Positions 48,696-61,290 of a DNA stretch of 64,000 nt are shown here, piece after piece; position 1 is the first letter of the stretch; each line of letters begins with the position of its first letter. Origin of the DNA: Lama guanicoe (taxonomy: Eukaryota); contig MU053379.1 in NCBI GenBank assembly GCA_013239625.1, positions 3,925,229 to 3,989,228 of the forward strand, in the 5' to 3' direction. Under the pieces are notes generated by a model, which did no database searches, was not told where the DNA came from, and saw nothing but the letters and a program-made list of their open reading frames with translations. Both the position numbers and the translations under genes were made by a program.

Positions 48696-49081
48696 TTTTA
48701 GCTCTTCTATTTGGATCATGGATCCATTTTGAGTTAATTTTTATGTATGTTGCGAGGGGTCTAACTTCATCCTTTGGGACTGAAAATCCAGTTGTTCCAG
48801 CCTCATTTATTGAAGAGACTATTCTTTCCCCATCAAATGTTCTTTGTACTTTTGTTGAAAATCAACTGGCTAGAGATGGATGGGTTTATCTTGTACTCTC
48901 AGTTTTATACCACTGGCCTGTATGTTTATCTGTGTGGTGGTGCCACACAGATCCTGTAGCTTTGCAGTAAGTTCTGAATTCAAAAAATGCAAGATGTCCA
49001 GCTCTGTTCTTCATTTTCAATATCGTTTTGACCCTTCAAGACCCCTTGCAACTCCACGTGACTTTGAGGATGGGCATTTTT
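48696..49081 (-). mobile_element. L1 ORF2 fragment, antisense
   Basis: 'gatccattttgagttaatttttatgtatg...atccagttgttccagcctcatttattgaagagactattctttcccca...ttgttgaaaatcaactg'. Confidence 0.82.
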
Positions 49082-50129
49082 GTACCAGGAAACTCAGTGA
49101 ATAAACCGGGCCAACGTGACACAGCTGATCAGAAGCGCACTTGTCATGAGAACTCAGCAAAGCCTCGGTGCTCTTCCTGCACCACACCGTGTGTTTAAGC
49201 TCAATAGAGAAGACAGATTGTTTTCTGCTTTGTTAAATCTTCATAATTACGCCTTACTCAAGAAGAGTCCCCAGGTGCTCTAGCTTCTCTCACCGTTCTA
49301 TCCTACTGGTTGGGTTTTCTTTTTCTTGTACTTCACTTGACCCACACCCCTCATCTCCAGCTTCATTCCTTCTTTGTGTTCCAAAAATAAAGTGATAAAA
49401 CCAAGGAAGCGGGCAAGGACCTCAGTTAACTCAAGGCATTCGCACAGGGTGTGAGCTGTGACATAGGAGACACATACCCAGCACAGGACAAGCTAGACTG
49501 GCACGTGTCCCCACCCAGTGCATCCTGCACAAAGTTGCTACCCGTGCCTTGAGGATGGCCATTTTGTGATTTGTTTGGTTTTTCTTATTTATAAGCAATG
49601 ATCATTGGCCCAGATCCTCTTTGCTACAAAAGCACAACCAAGACGGAAGCTGCAGATTCAACACTTGGAAACCTGTGTATCTGTTTGGCTGTAGATGGAA
49701 GACACAGGAAGAGGTTGTATGTTTCATCACATTCGGAAGGAAAAAGAGGAGTGATGGTGAGAGCCACCACGACCTTCCGGGTGATTATAGAACAAGGAGA
49801 GGGAAAGAAATGCCTCCTGCCATTCTTTGGGCAGCAATCTTATCCTGGGGACAAGCTCAACTGGATCAGGAAGACCTCTTATACGTCAAATAGAGTGTGG
49901 TGAATAGACCTTCAGGGCAATGGTCTTAATTGTTTTGTTGACAACTATCTAGATACCTCTTTGGTTCTTCCTTAGTGAGTCCTATACCTGGTTAGTGTGG
50001 GTCTGCAAAATTTTATACAAAATCCATGCAAAAGCTAATCTTGTAAGGTCTGAACCTGCTAAGTGCAGCTGTCTCATGATGGCACAATCATGTCCACGTG
50101 ACCGCGGGGCGTGGCTTATGAATTAACTG

Positions 50130-50290
50130 GTGGTGGGAACCAGGATTGTGTGCTTGGCTCTACCACTCAAACCTGAGAAGTTCCCAATCTCTGTGAGACT
50201 CAGATTTTCTGCCTGTAATAACTGGATTGTAACAGCTGATCCGCAGCCTGTTCTGAGAACAGGACTGAGAGAAAGTAGTGTGTCCGTCCA
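50130..50290 (+). mobile_element. MIR SINE fragment
   Basis: 'ggctctaccactca...tctctgtgagactcagattttctgcctgtaataactgga'. Confidence 0.5.
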
Positions 50291-50589
50291 CACGACTCTT
50301 CACGGTGAGGCGCCTTTAGAGACCCCAGTGACACTGGTGCTTTGATTGTTTTCTGCAAGAGCAGTGGTTTTACACTTTTACTAATTAAAACATTGTTGCT
50401 GATTTACAAATAGGAGATCCCACTCTATGAATTCCCCCAGGTTACCCCCCATCACACTCAGGGGACCGCAGTACCGTGAGATCTGGAGAAAACAAAGTGA
50501 AAAAACAGAGGGGCGCTGCGCAGCCAGGCAGGCTCGTGCGGCCGCGGGGCAGGCGGCCTCAGAGCGGGATGCGCTAATGCTGAGCGAAG

Positions 50590-50990
50590 AGCCAGTCCCA
50601 CCACGCCCTGCCCTGTGGGAGGCGGCATTTCTCACCCCATTGTGCGGGGCTTGGTCGTGTGACTTGCTTTGACCAACAGGGTGGGAGGCAGCACGATACA
50701 TGGCGCTTCCGTGCAGAGAACGTACATTCAAGTCGGACGCGTGGCTCGGCTGGGCCGCTTACACCTCTGCCCACCGTCGTGGAAAAGGGCTCCCTCCGGG
50801 TCAGCGCTGCTCTTTCAGCCTGGGTCCCAGAGGGATGGGCACATGCACCAGATCCATAAGCGACCTGCAGTTTCCAGCTGAACCAACACAACTGAGCTGC
50901 ACGCTTGTGGGAAATACACGGAGCTGTAAACCGTAGAGACTTGGAGATTTTTATTATGCAGCATTTTCCTAGCACAAGCTGATTCATTCA
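50590..50990 (+). mobile_element. MaLR LTR (MLT1I/J-like)
   Basis: 'gggcttggtcgtgtgacttgctttgaccaa...gctgctctttcagcctgggtcccaga...gagatttttattatgcagcatt...aagctgattcattca'. Confidence 0.68.
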
Positions 50991-51259
50991 TGCATTAAAC
51001 GCCTTTTCAGCAACACTTCTCAGAGCGTGTACTCTGCTAATGATCGTTGTGGATCCCAAAATTAATTGGTTCTAGACTTCTGCGCTCTAAGAAAACACTA
51101 CATCAAAATACAATTTTAGCATGGCTTTTTAAAAAAATCCCATATTGTCTTTTCAAAGGCAGAGGGGGCTAAGATGACAAACACCCCACGGCCACACCCC
51201 TGAGTAACAGCGAAGGCCTTACCGTCCGGCAACACTCACTAACACAGGCGGTGACGCCA

Positions 51260-51503
51260 CTCAGTGGTCAAGACCAGTGGCTTTGAAACAACAAGGGCCC
51301 GGAATTTAAACCCTAGCTCTGCCATTTAGGAGCTAAGGGACATTGGGAAATTCACGTACCTTCTCTGGGACTTGAGGTCCTTATTGGTGAACTTGGGATC
51401 AGACTAGAAGCCACGTCGTAGGACTGTCGTGAGGATTAGCTAGCACGTGTGACAGTCTCAGCGCAGTGCATGGCCTGGAGCATGAGCTCGATGAGTGGTG
51501 GCC
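51260..51503 (+). mobile_element. MIR SINE, near full length
   Basis: 'cagtggtcaagacc...tttaaaccctagctctgccatt...gtcgtgaggattag...cagcgcagtgcatggc...gagctcgatgagtggtggc'. Confidence 0.72.
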
Positions 51504-52414
51504 GAAGTCACTACTGTTTAAAGGTCCATTTCTGTAAAAGTCTGTGCAGAGAAATTGAAAGTAGGAACATAGCAGGCTAAGGAAGGCAGAACGAGTCAGT
51601 TTTATTCAGGGGAATATTCCCTCTGTGTCATCTTGTTGCCTTTTTTCAGATGAACTCACCTGCCTGGTTTCCCAATAACTTCTCCGTGTCACTGACTTCA
51701 AAGTCTCTGCGTCTCCACTCTCTCCCCCGGCACCTTCACTCCAAGGCAGAGCGTGGAAGACGGTTCCCCGAACAGAAGGGCTCGCCTGTCTCTGCTGTCC
51801 CAGCGGGGTCCCAGGACTTCGTATTTCCACATATCAGCCCAAATGAGCAACTTCTGCCCCAGTTAGAATCCAAAAGACAGACTCTAGAACCGCATGGGCC
51901 GTTGCACCTTTGCTAAATACGAAGCAGAGCCTCCCTGACGTCTGTCGTAACCGCTCTGCTCTAAGCACTGGAACAGAAACGAGCTTTTAAAAGGTGGGAT
52001 AAGCAAAAAGGGCCAACAGTCTCTTTTGGCCTTTCCTGGGGATTTTTGAGACGTTTCCCCAAAGAGCCCTGGTTGGCACCCAACTTTCCCAGACTGGTTC
52101 GTTGTGCCCGAGAAGGAAACGTACCTGCAGCTGCTCATCAGGGTCAAATTTAAGTCAAGGCTCGATTTCAAGCTCAGTTTAAGCACAACATTTTCAATTT
52201 TTTTAAGAAGAGAAATTTGCTTTTAAAAATGCTGCTTTTCTCATAGAGAAGTCCATAAACATGCTTTGACAACTTTCAAAACGAGTTGAAGGCAGGCTTC
52301 TATTTCTTAGTGTTGAGTCAGGGTAGGTTAAGCAAATCTGTCCATTTAGAGCTATTCAAATCTTCCCTACCATGCACTGAAATTCTCCATAGCTTCCTGT
52401 TATTCTTTCTCACA

Positions 52415-52904
52415 CAGGCAGACCCCATTTTATTGTGCTTTGCTTTATGGCACTTGGAAAATATTGCATTTTTCACGGATTGAAATTCTGTGGCAGCCCT
52501 GCACGGAGCAGACTATGGGCGTCATTCTTCCAACAGCAATGGCTCACTTCATGTCTCTGTGCCGCATCTGGGTAATTCTTGCACTGTTTCAAGCTTTTTC
52601 ATTATTATCATACTCGTTATGGTGATCTGAGGCCCACGGTCTTTGATGTCACTACTGCAAGAAAACAGCAACTCACTGAAGGTTCAGATGAGGGCGAACA
52701 TTCTTTCACAATGAAGTATTTTTAAACTAAGGTATGTATGTTGTCTTCCTAGACACAGTGCACACTTACTAGCCTGCAGCAGGGTGTGAACATATTTCCG
52801 TATGCCTTGGGAAACCAAATAATCCACATGATTCAATTGATTGCAACAGCTGCTTCATTGTGGCGGCCTGGGACGGAACCTGAGACAACTCTGCGGTCTG
52901 CCTA
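52415..52904 (+). mobile_element. Internally deleted Tigger1 derivative (Tigger1a-type, about 490 bp)
   Basis: Left end 'caggcagaccccattttattgtgctttgcttta' and right end 'gaacctgagacaactctgcggtctgcct' match both Tigger1 termini joined without transposase. Confidence 0.85.
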
Positions 52905-53271
52905 TCTTTCGGCATCATTTTCATCCCACCCCCTCCCCCCAAAAACCCACCGTACTAAAGGCAAAATGTGAGCGAATGGCTTTGGAAATTTTGTGAGTTT
53001 TATACAAAGCCATCAGAAGTTTAAAAAGTAGACAATTCTGAAAGCAGATGTACTAACCAGCTAAATTATTAAGGGAAGGGATGGGACGGGAGGATGGCTC
53101 CGACGCTGGTGAAGAGCTGAATCGTTGACACGTGGTTGACACCCTCAGCTGATGTCTCCTTCACACGTTCTCATTGGAGGCAAATCCGTAGCATCAAGGT
53201 TCACACGAGGACGGGGGAATATTTACAAGGTCAGAGGGCAGCTGGCAGCTGGCATGCGTCCGAGTGTAAAG

Positions 53272-54153
53272 AATTTGTGTGTGTGGCAAAATACACATAA
53301 CATGAAAGGAACCACTTTACCGACTGGTAAACATGGAATCCAGTGGCCCGTTCTCATCCTTGTGCTGCTCAACCAGCAGCCACCATCGCCGCCACTGAGA
53401 GTCTCCCCATCAAACAACTCCCCTCCCCTGCCCCCCCAGCCCCTGAAAAGTCAACGTCCCACTCCTCGTTCTGTGAGTTAAACTACTGTAGGGACCTCAG
53501 ATAAATAGTGCAAATATCAGATACCGTTTATATTTATATTATATTATATAAGTCCTTTCACGGCTTACTTCGCTTGGCGTGTGTTTTCAAGTTTCACCCG
53601 TGTTGTGGCATGCACAGTGTTTTTCTTCCTTTTCAGGGCTGAATGGTCTTCCATTGCGTACAAATACCACGTTTTGTTTATCCATTCACAGGTCTGTGGA
53701 CGCTTGCGTTGCTTCCACATTTCGGCTTTGTGAGTAATGTTGCTGCGAATAGTCAAAAACTATCTTTGGAGTTCCTGCTCTCAGTTCTTTGGTGTGAATA
53801 CCAAGAATTGGAATGACTGGGTCATGCAGTAATTCAGGTCTTAAAGGAACCAGCATATTGTTTTCCACAGCAAGGGGACCGGTTTACATTCCCACCAGCG
53901 ACGGGAGAGGGTTCCAGCTTCGCCGCATCCTCACCAACACTTGCTATCTTCTGCTTTCTTCAAGAACAGCCCTCCTAGCGGCTGCGAAGCGCGGTCCCTT
54001 CGTGGCTTTTCCTTGCATGCCCCTAGCGGTTAGCGACGCCGAGTGTCTGTCACGTGCTTATCAGGCAGGGTTTATCTTCTGCTTTTTCAAGTCCTTTTCT
54101 AATTGGATTTTCTGATCAGATTGTTTGGGGCGTTTTTGTGGTTGTTGAATTAG
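53272..54153 (-). mobile_element. L1MB-like 3' fragment
   Basis: 'gtggcaaaatacacataacat...ccacgttttgtttatccattca...ttacattcccaccagc...catcctcaccaacacttg'; ORF 53565-53756 gives an L1 ORF2-like WKQRKRPQTCEWINKTWY. Confidence 0.87.
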
Positions 54154-54859
54154 ATTTATACCTTAGTTATAATGAATTTGTCACCTCAAAAATTGTAAAA
54201 AAAAAAAAAAGAAAGAAAACCACCAACCCAGAAGTATGGCAACGGGCCGTACTGGACTTCAGTGTTGAGACGACTGTTGAATGCGGTACATTTTCAGTCA
54301 GTGAAGGGAAGTCTGTCCTCCCCGTAACCCTTTCCACACCACTCACGTGCTTCTCTGTTTAGCGAAATTCTCCCTCTGCACAGGTGTTGCTTTTGGGCGC
54401 CTGCAATGAGAGAAGAAAGGCACGGACAGTGTTTCCCGGCGGCGATTCTTCTCTCACCTCGCTCCTGCCTTCTCCGCTCATTTCTGCTGGCTGTGAGCCA
54501 GCAGTGTTACCGGCAACAGGCTCTCCTGCTTGCTTTGGACACTCGCCTGCCAGCCTGGCCTGGCCGTGGTGGACAGCAGACCATCCGGGCTGCTTCCTGC
54601 CCCGCTGAGCTCTGTCGCCAGGCCCTGGACCGACCGGGGCCTCTCTGGGCTTTGGGCAAGTGTCCTCCCTCTCAGAGCCTCCTCTCCTCACACGCCAGCA
54701 GTATCTGGCCTCACCACGCAGGGCCGTGTGGGGTGACCCCGGGCCCCCCACTGCCAGTGCCTGGATGCCCTGGTTCCACCATCACCTCCACAAAACGGAG
54801 AACGCAGCCCCGCCCTGGCTCTGCCCACAGCAACCAGCAACCTCGCCGGAACCTTTAAA

Positions 54860-55105
54860 CATATACTAACGCAGCGCGGACCCCGCGGCGGGCTCTGTCC
54901 TCAGCACTTTAGACACGTTAATGCATTTCATTCTTGAACTAATCCTTGTTATTTATCTAAACCCTCTATCTATCTAAACCCTGTTATCATTCCCATTTTA
55001 CAAATGCGGGAACTGAGGCACAGAGAAGATAAGTGGGTTGCCTGGGGCCACATGGCCAGCCGGGTGGGGGGAGCCGAGGACCCCGGGTTCCATGAATTCT
55101 TAACA
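54860..55105 (-). mobile_element. MIR SINE
   Basis: 'ttatcattcccattttacaaatgcgggaactgaggcacagagaagataagtgggttgcctggggccacatggccag'. Confidence 0.7.
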
Positions 55106-56494
55106 GTGGCCACAGGCTGCCTTTGAGGGTTGCTCGGGGTTTGCCTCCGAGTCTCAACACCTGCCACTCAGCCTCAGCTTCAAAGCGAGTCATAGGAGGA
55201 ATTTCTGTCACTTTTGGGTCTTTTAATCTAAGAGTGTAGTTTGAGCTCAGATATAAAATCCGGTAATAAGGACATTATTATATCCATCTCTCAGCTCCAT
55301 CCAACTTGCTGTCACCCCTCTTCTCATGTCCGTGATCGATGGGCTGACACACCATCGAGGAACTGCTGAGGTGAAGGGAAATGGGATCAGGGTCGAGCTA
55401 ATCCTGCACTCAGTTGCCTCACACCTCCTGTTTCCATAAGTGAGAGTCACGAAGATAAACCAGGAAGATGAACAGATGTGGCCACAGACCAAGGCCTAAA
55501 TGCCTGAATAAATTCTGATGTATCTCATTTCTAGAGAAAAATAAGTAAAAAGAGTCAAAGAGGAGAAACATTTGTGACAAATACAGTAACCACGGCCTTC
55601 GGTCAGGATCTGAACTGTTAATACATGGCGGTACCACGGCTGAAACTCCTCTGCTAACCCATCACAGCTCCTGTTTAAGGTTCCTAAGTCATTGGGTCCA
55701 AAGCCAGACCGTGTTCCCCTGGGTTTCCTGGACTGAAGACCTCTACACGGTGCCACCATTCTGAATTTCTCAGACCACAAAGGGGCTTCAGTTCTTCCCC
55801 TTAACACCCAGCCTGAAAGTGCACCTTGGGGCAGGCTCCCAGCTCAGCTGTGCAGATGGGCAACACCCATCCTTTCTGGAGTGAAGGGGGGATGGTGAGC
55901 AGTTTCTGAGAGACGGCAAAACTGACTGTAGGATGAAGGGCTGTCCGAGGGACCAGCTGTGACAAAGACGGGGAGGAGCCTGGAGAAGGAACGCGGCCAG
56001 CGGGTGCCGGTGAGGGGAAGGAGAGCAGGCGTAGACAGAGGCAGCGGTGATTTACAGGATGATGCATCAGCGACCCAGCGAAGGGGAAGCGCCTAGGTGA
56101 GCACTGCCGATGTCTGCCTTAGACCCACGAGGAAACCGAGGCTCAGGGGAACGGGGACTCAGCATGTGGCAGAGACAGACGGCAAGGGAGGGGCCGTCTG
56201 ACCCCCGACACCCAGGACGGCGCCTCACACCGTCGTCCGCAGTGTCGTGCTGGGTGTTGGCACTGACTCGCCTGGATGGTGACACGGAGCAGGGCGCGGA
56301 GGGCGGACGAGGAACCGCACAGGGATTATCGTTTGAAGACGACCCCGCCGACCTTTTAGAAAGCCTGGAAAACCAGTTAAAATTTTAGAACCCAGATCAG
56401 GCAATATGGCTAAATATAAAACAAATACACGGAAACTATAGCTTTCCAAGTATAAGCAATAAGTTATTTGAAAACATGAGAAAATATATGACTC

Positions 56495-56972
56495 TGCTAA
56501 AAGCAACGTTCACATGCTGAGGTCTGGGGGAGTCGTTCTGGCTCACACAGGAGTCAGCTTGAATTTGCCCCTTTGTGGCCTGTCAGACATACATGGTGCC
56601 TCTGCTTCATTAGTAGAGACAAGAGCACATTGACCAGAAGCAACGAATGTTCATGTTAAACATGAAGACTGACTGCCCCTCGTCCCGGGACGCCAGGGCT
56701 GGACTCCTGCGACGAGACTCCGTCCCCAGGTGTCGAGGCCACACTGACTCACAGTGCACATGCTGGGGTTTTTTGAAACCTTGGAGAAGTGTGTCCGTGA
56801 CTTGTTGAATGTTCTTTGTTCTGAAGAGATGTAAAACTGTGCTGAAAACCCTGCTTCTCTGGAGAAGCCTGTCAGGTTAACCTGCAAAGCAGGCTTCTGG
56901 GCTCTAGCCCTCAGCTTGGCTCAAATAAAACTCTTTTCTATTCCTATTATTGATTGATTATTTTCAATGACA
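56495..56972 (+). mobile_element. ERV1-like solo LTR
   Basis: TG...CA ends about 480 bp apart; aataaa at 56924-56929 in 'cctcagcttggctcaaataaaactcttttctatt' context typical of MER34/MER41-like LTR 3' ends; TSD not convincing. Confidence 0.55.
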
Positions 56973-58373
56973 AGTTGCATAAGCAAAAATGAAAAAAAAA
57001 ACAAACCCCAAAACAGAGAAATGGCTTTAAGAATAAACGTGCAAAAACATCACATCTGCACCCCAAGATTTCCCTGGAGATCTTAAAACTAGAAAGATGT
57101 GCCACGTGGCACGGCAGGTGATGGGTTCTGGCATCATGTCAGTTTTTTCCCAAACAACTGCCTCAGCTTAATACCTTTCATCAAACTTTTGAAGGCTTTC
57201 CTTTGAAAGGGTCAAAGAGATTTTTCTGGAAGGATAACCAGGCAAAAAGAGCCAGGATTTTACAAAAGCAGAGGAAGCAGACCCCTGAGAGAGGCTCCTG
57301 GGAGTGGCTACAGAGTGCACACTAGCAGGAGCTACACTCTGCGACTCACCTGCATAGCTGATCCCTGTGAACACTCTGCCGTCTTTCCTGAGCTGCCACA
57401 CTTCCCTTCCTCCAAGAGCCTCATGCAGAAGGGACCACAACTTTCCCCTCTCAGCAGAGGCCAGAGGGCTGAGTGCCTCTTCACGAAGGCACACACCTGA
57501 TGGCAGGCTTTGCACAGCGCCCTGTAATTCCTCAGCGCTCGCCTGCCTCCCGCCGTGCTGTGAGCTGCCAGAACCAGGCAGCAACGGCGGGTCATGATGA
57601 CGGGCGCCCTGGACCGAGTGTGTGCTGGAGGGGGCGCCCCTGTCCCGGAGCACCGCGCTCTTCAGGGACGGGTGATGAGTGCTTGCTTGGCCACTTCAGG
57701 AAAAGAGAACGAACAGCCTCACACGACGTGACTGACCGAAGTAGATTCCACCTGGATGAAGGAACTAAATAGATAGAGTAATTTTTTTTTTTTTTTAGTT
57801 TACGATACAGAAAAATACATGAAAGCTTAGATGTTCTGATGGGAGAAGGGCTTTCTATACATGAAAGAAATCACAAGGGGAACGTAATAGGGGGATTTGA
57901 GTACCTGAAATGTCAGAATACTTTCGCTAAATTAGAACATCTTAAATTGGTTAACATTGCAATCAAAGTATAAGCTTAATGTGGAAAACGCCCACGTTTT
58001 GTGAAGGGAGCTTAGTAACAGATCAGGAGCTGATGGGAAGTTCTTGTTCTGTGACCCCCTAAGTCTTGTTCAAAGACTTTATTCCAAGGAAAAGCATCAG
58101 CAGAGGCCACGCTGCCAGGCCGTCCCCGGAAGCCGCCTCTGTCACAGCCGACGGCACGCAGCCACCTCTTGGAGGAACAGACTCAACAGAAGGGCTCAGC
58201 CGCCTGCGTCTCTGTGAGTCACAGCGACGCGGGGAGCTCTCGGGACAGAAGTGTGTGCGCGTCTGTGAGTAACTGTCAGATCGCGCGTTAGCCGTTCACA
58301 GATGGCACCAGGAGGCAGGGGTCTCCAGATTGCCTATCGTACATTTATTTGTTTATTTGAGTTATTTACTTTT

Positions 58374-58532
58374 AAATTTTGTCCATTTATTTATTTGTTT
58401 ATTTTTTTGGAGGCAGGAGGGAGGTAATTAGGTTTATTTATTTATTTGTTTTTGGAGGAGGCACTGGGGTTTGAACCCAGGACCTCGTGCATGTTAAACA
58501 TGTACTCTACCACTTGTGCTACGCCCTCCCCC
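58374..58532 (-). mobile_element. tRNA-derived camelid SINE (Vic-1 type)
   Basis: Minus strand ggggagggcgtagcacaagtggtagagtacatg...gaggtcctgggttcaaaccccagtgcctcc (A and B boxes), then (aaat)n, 'aaacctaattacctccc' and a second A-rich tail; ttatttactttt repeated at 58362-58373 and 58540-58551. Confidence 0.85.
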
Positions 58533-61159
58533 AGGACTTTTATTTACTTTTCAATTTTACTTATTTTTTAAAATGTCTGCAATATTTGATTTTGTGTAAT
58601 GAAAAGAAGCCACAGTTATGATTAGAAAAAGAGAAAAAGTTAACGGTGGGTTTAAAATGACATCAAACACAGCCACATGGTTATAATGCTTGCTTACCTG
58701 TCCAGACATGAAAGTAAATGGATCCCCCAAAATCATGGTCATTATCTGAGGGAAAGCACTATAGGCAATTTTTTAAATCAATTTTTATACCTTTTTACCA
58801 ATGTTTCCTTTCTACCAGTTCTTACGCTTTTCAAAAATCTAAAATGTTTTATCTCATTTTTCTCACAAGAAAGAAAAAAAATCAACAAGCTGCTTTTACA
58901 TAAAACAAATCTCAAAGGAGTTCTGCCCCCTGCGTCCTGCCGGCAGAGCTCAGGCTGTTATTTTACTGCAGGTGGAGACAGGCTGTTTCACGTGCTGGGG
59001 TCTGGTTCAAATTATACAGAAGCCGGCCCGCTTCTGTGGGTAAGTGTCTCCTGTGGACTTCCAGGTGGGGGCGGGAGGAGGCGGGCAGGCGAGGAAGGCA
59101 GGGGAGCCGGCCCCTGGGCCTCACCACCTCCTGCAGCCGCGGTGGAAGATGGGCTATTCCCTGTTCCCCGGAGGCCCGGAGGCAGAGGCCAGCCGTGGCC
59201 GGGCAGAGCTGCCAGGGCCGCTCCCGGCTCAGACGGACGTCACCAGAACGTCTGGAGCCCGATACCAGAAGCCTGACCCCGGGAGAAGCTTCTGGATGGG
59301 AGCAGCAGAATGTTTCCTACACCAGGGTGTAAGTGCGTGTTGCTGGCAGCATCCAGCTTGGAAGGTGAGAAGGATTTAAAGGCTATCGTGATGGAAAACG
59401 CGTTGCTGAAAATGTTAACACTGAGGTTCGTGTTTGAGAACATAACTGGTTGCCTCCAATGGCTGCCAGTTCCCCTCCTGCCGCTGAAGCCGGCAGGGAG
59501 TGGCGCTGCCTGTGGGGCCCTGTGAACGGCCAAGCGCCGCGGGGACAGTGGCGCCGCTCAGGGGAAGCGGGGGTCCCGCTGGCCGCGCCGCTCCGCAGAT
59601 CTGACCCCCTTCCCTGCGGAACGTGTTTTCCTGCCTCTTCGCAGCCAGGACTTCACACCGGCTTTCCTTTTCACACCATGTGCATTCCTGCCTTTAGCGT
59701 GTGGGTGTCAAACCTCAGAGTCAGTAGGTGGTCGTGGACTCGTGCCCCGAACACTGTAAGGAGAGCAGGTGTGGGGTTCGCACAACTCAAGACAGGATCT
59801 GTCAGCGCCAGATACAGAAGCTTCCAGATTGCAGAGTGAGCACCACCTGGGCCACTGAACACCCCCCCCCCACACCCCCAACCCCGGCGCCTTGCGGGGC
59901 CGGAACAGGACTGACGGCCACTGGCTGCTGTACCCGGGGTGGGGGGCTCCTCCCATACCCAGAGGACTGAGCCGCGTTCGGAGGACCGAGCCGCAGCCAC
60001 AGCGGGGCAGAAGCTCTCCCCGACGTACCACCCACTGACCGCGCCAGCCCTATTCTGCCCTCACGGCGGTGCCGTCCGCAGCCCCCCAGGCCCCCCAGCT
60101 CAGAAGCCCGGCCGGGTCTCCGCGCCTCCTGAGCCCCACTGGGAAGCAGCTGTTCCCTTGGGATTTGCTCGCGAGTGGCCCAAGCAAATGTTGTCTTTTG
60201 CTTTCTAGAGTCAGTCGGGTGACAGCTCCAAGCTACAGACTTATATTTCAAGCCCCATCTACGTGACACTTGTCTCTTCTGTAGGTGATTAGAAGAGGGG
60301 TGAGAAGAGCTGTCTAGAACCCCCAGTGCCCAGAGAACAGAGCCCCAGCAGTCAACCTGGGGAGAGAAATGGTTAAACAGCAAATTACCCTCCAACGAAC
60401 GCACGGAGTATTTTAAGCACTGCCATCCGTCATAAACCCCTTCCGCGCGCCTGCGAAGTGACAGAAAGCACAGGCTGATCTACTTCCCGCAAAAACTGCA
60501 GCAAAATTAACAGTGAGGTGGGGATAAGTGATCGTGGACTTCAGCACAGCTGACAACAGCTCTCTCCTCCAAGGGTGGGTTTCACACAACTTGGTGCGCG
60601 TGAAGTTCACAGGGGCCTTTTGACACCTGCAGGCCCAGGGCCCTCCCCAGCCCACTGAGATGGCCGTCTGTTTACCTTCCAAGCGATCTGATCGCTCTAC
60701 AAGGCGAGTGATGGGAGGATGTCACCCCACTGGCGTCCGACCTGAGGCTGGGGGAGGGAGGGGAGCTGCAGTGTTAGGGGTCAGGGCCCCACGCCAGCCC
60801 AGCCAGGTGCAGAGCATGGGCGCTGGAACCCGTCTCCGCTTTGTACAGCCATCCTGTGCTCCAGCAGCTCCAGAGTCCTGGCAGACCCCCTCCAGGACCC
60901 TCGAGAGTCTCTCCCATCACCCCCGGGGGGAGCTCTGGACTGTTCCGGGTGACGGCGGATACACGTGACACTCGATCACTTCTCTCTCATCCACCCGCCT
61001 CCAGCCCTAGAGGCTTCCATGGGGGGCAAGGACTGAGTTTTCCATTTCTATGTTCTCTGTACCCTTTGGGTTAGATACGGATTGAGATCCACTGAATACT
61101 TTTAAGAGAGTGGGTGGGTGAATTAATCAGGCAACAGAAATATTCACCTGGCGTTTTAG

Positions 61160-61290
61160 CAACTCGTTTCAATTCAACGAATATTTATTCAGTGCTTCCT
61201 GGGGACCAGGTCCCCCCCCTTTCAGTGCGGGCTCTGAGGCTCTAATTCTAACCAAGAGAGAGGCCCTGCTCATCGATGGTGCCCCAGTCT
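61160..61290 (-). mobile_element. L2 3' end fragment
   Basis: 'ttcaattcaacgaatatttattcagtgcttcctggggaccagg'. Confidence 0.48.

Noticed and set aside
58455..58532. tRNA gene
   Set aside because: The tRNA-like head is followed by the A-rich and 'aaacctaattacctccc' tail of a SINE and flanked by a TSD-like repeat
51650..58700. Minus-strand multi-exon transcript (consensus donors near 51655, 57345 and 58695)
   Set aside because: Acceptors are ambiguous and there is no ORF continuity. Similar sites on both strands show the chance background, which also limits confidence in the plus-strand exon candidates
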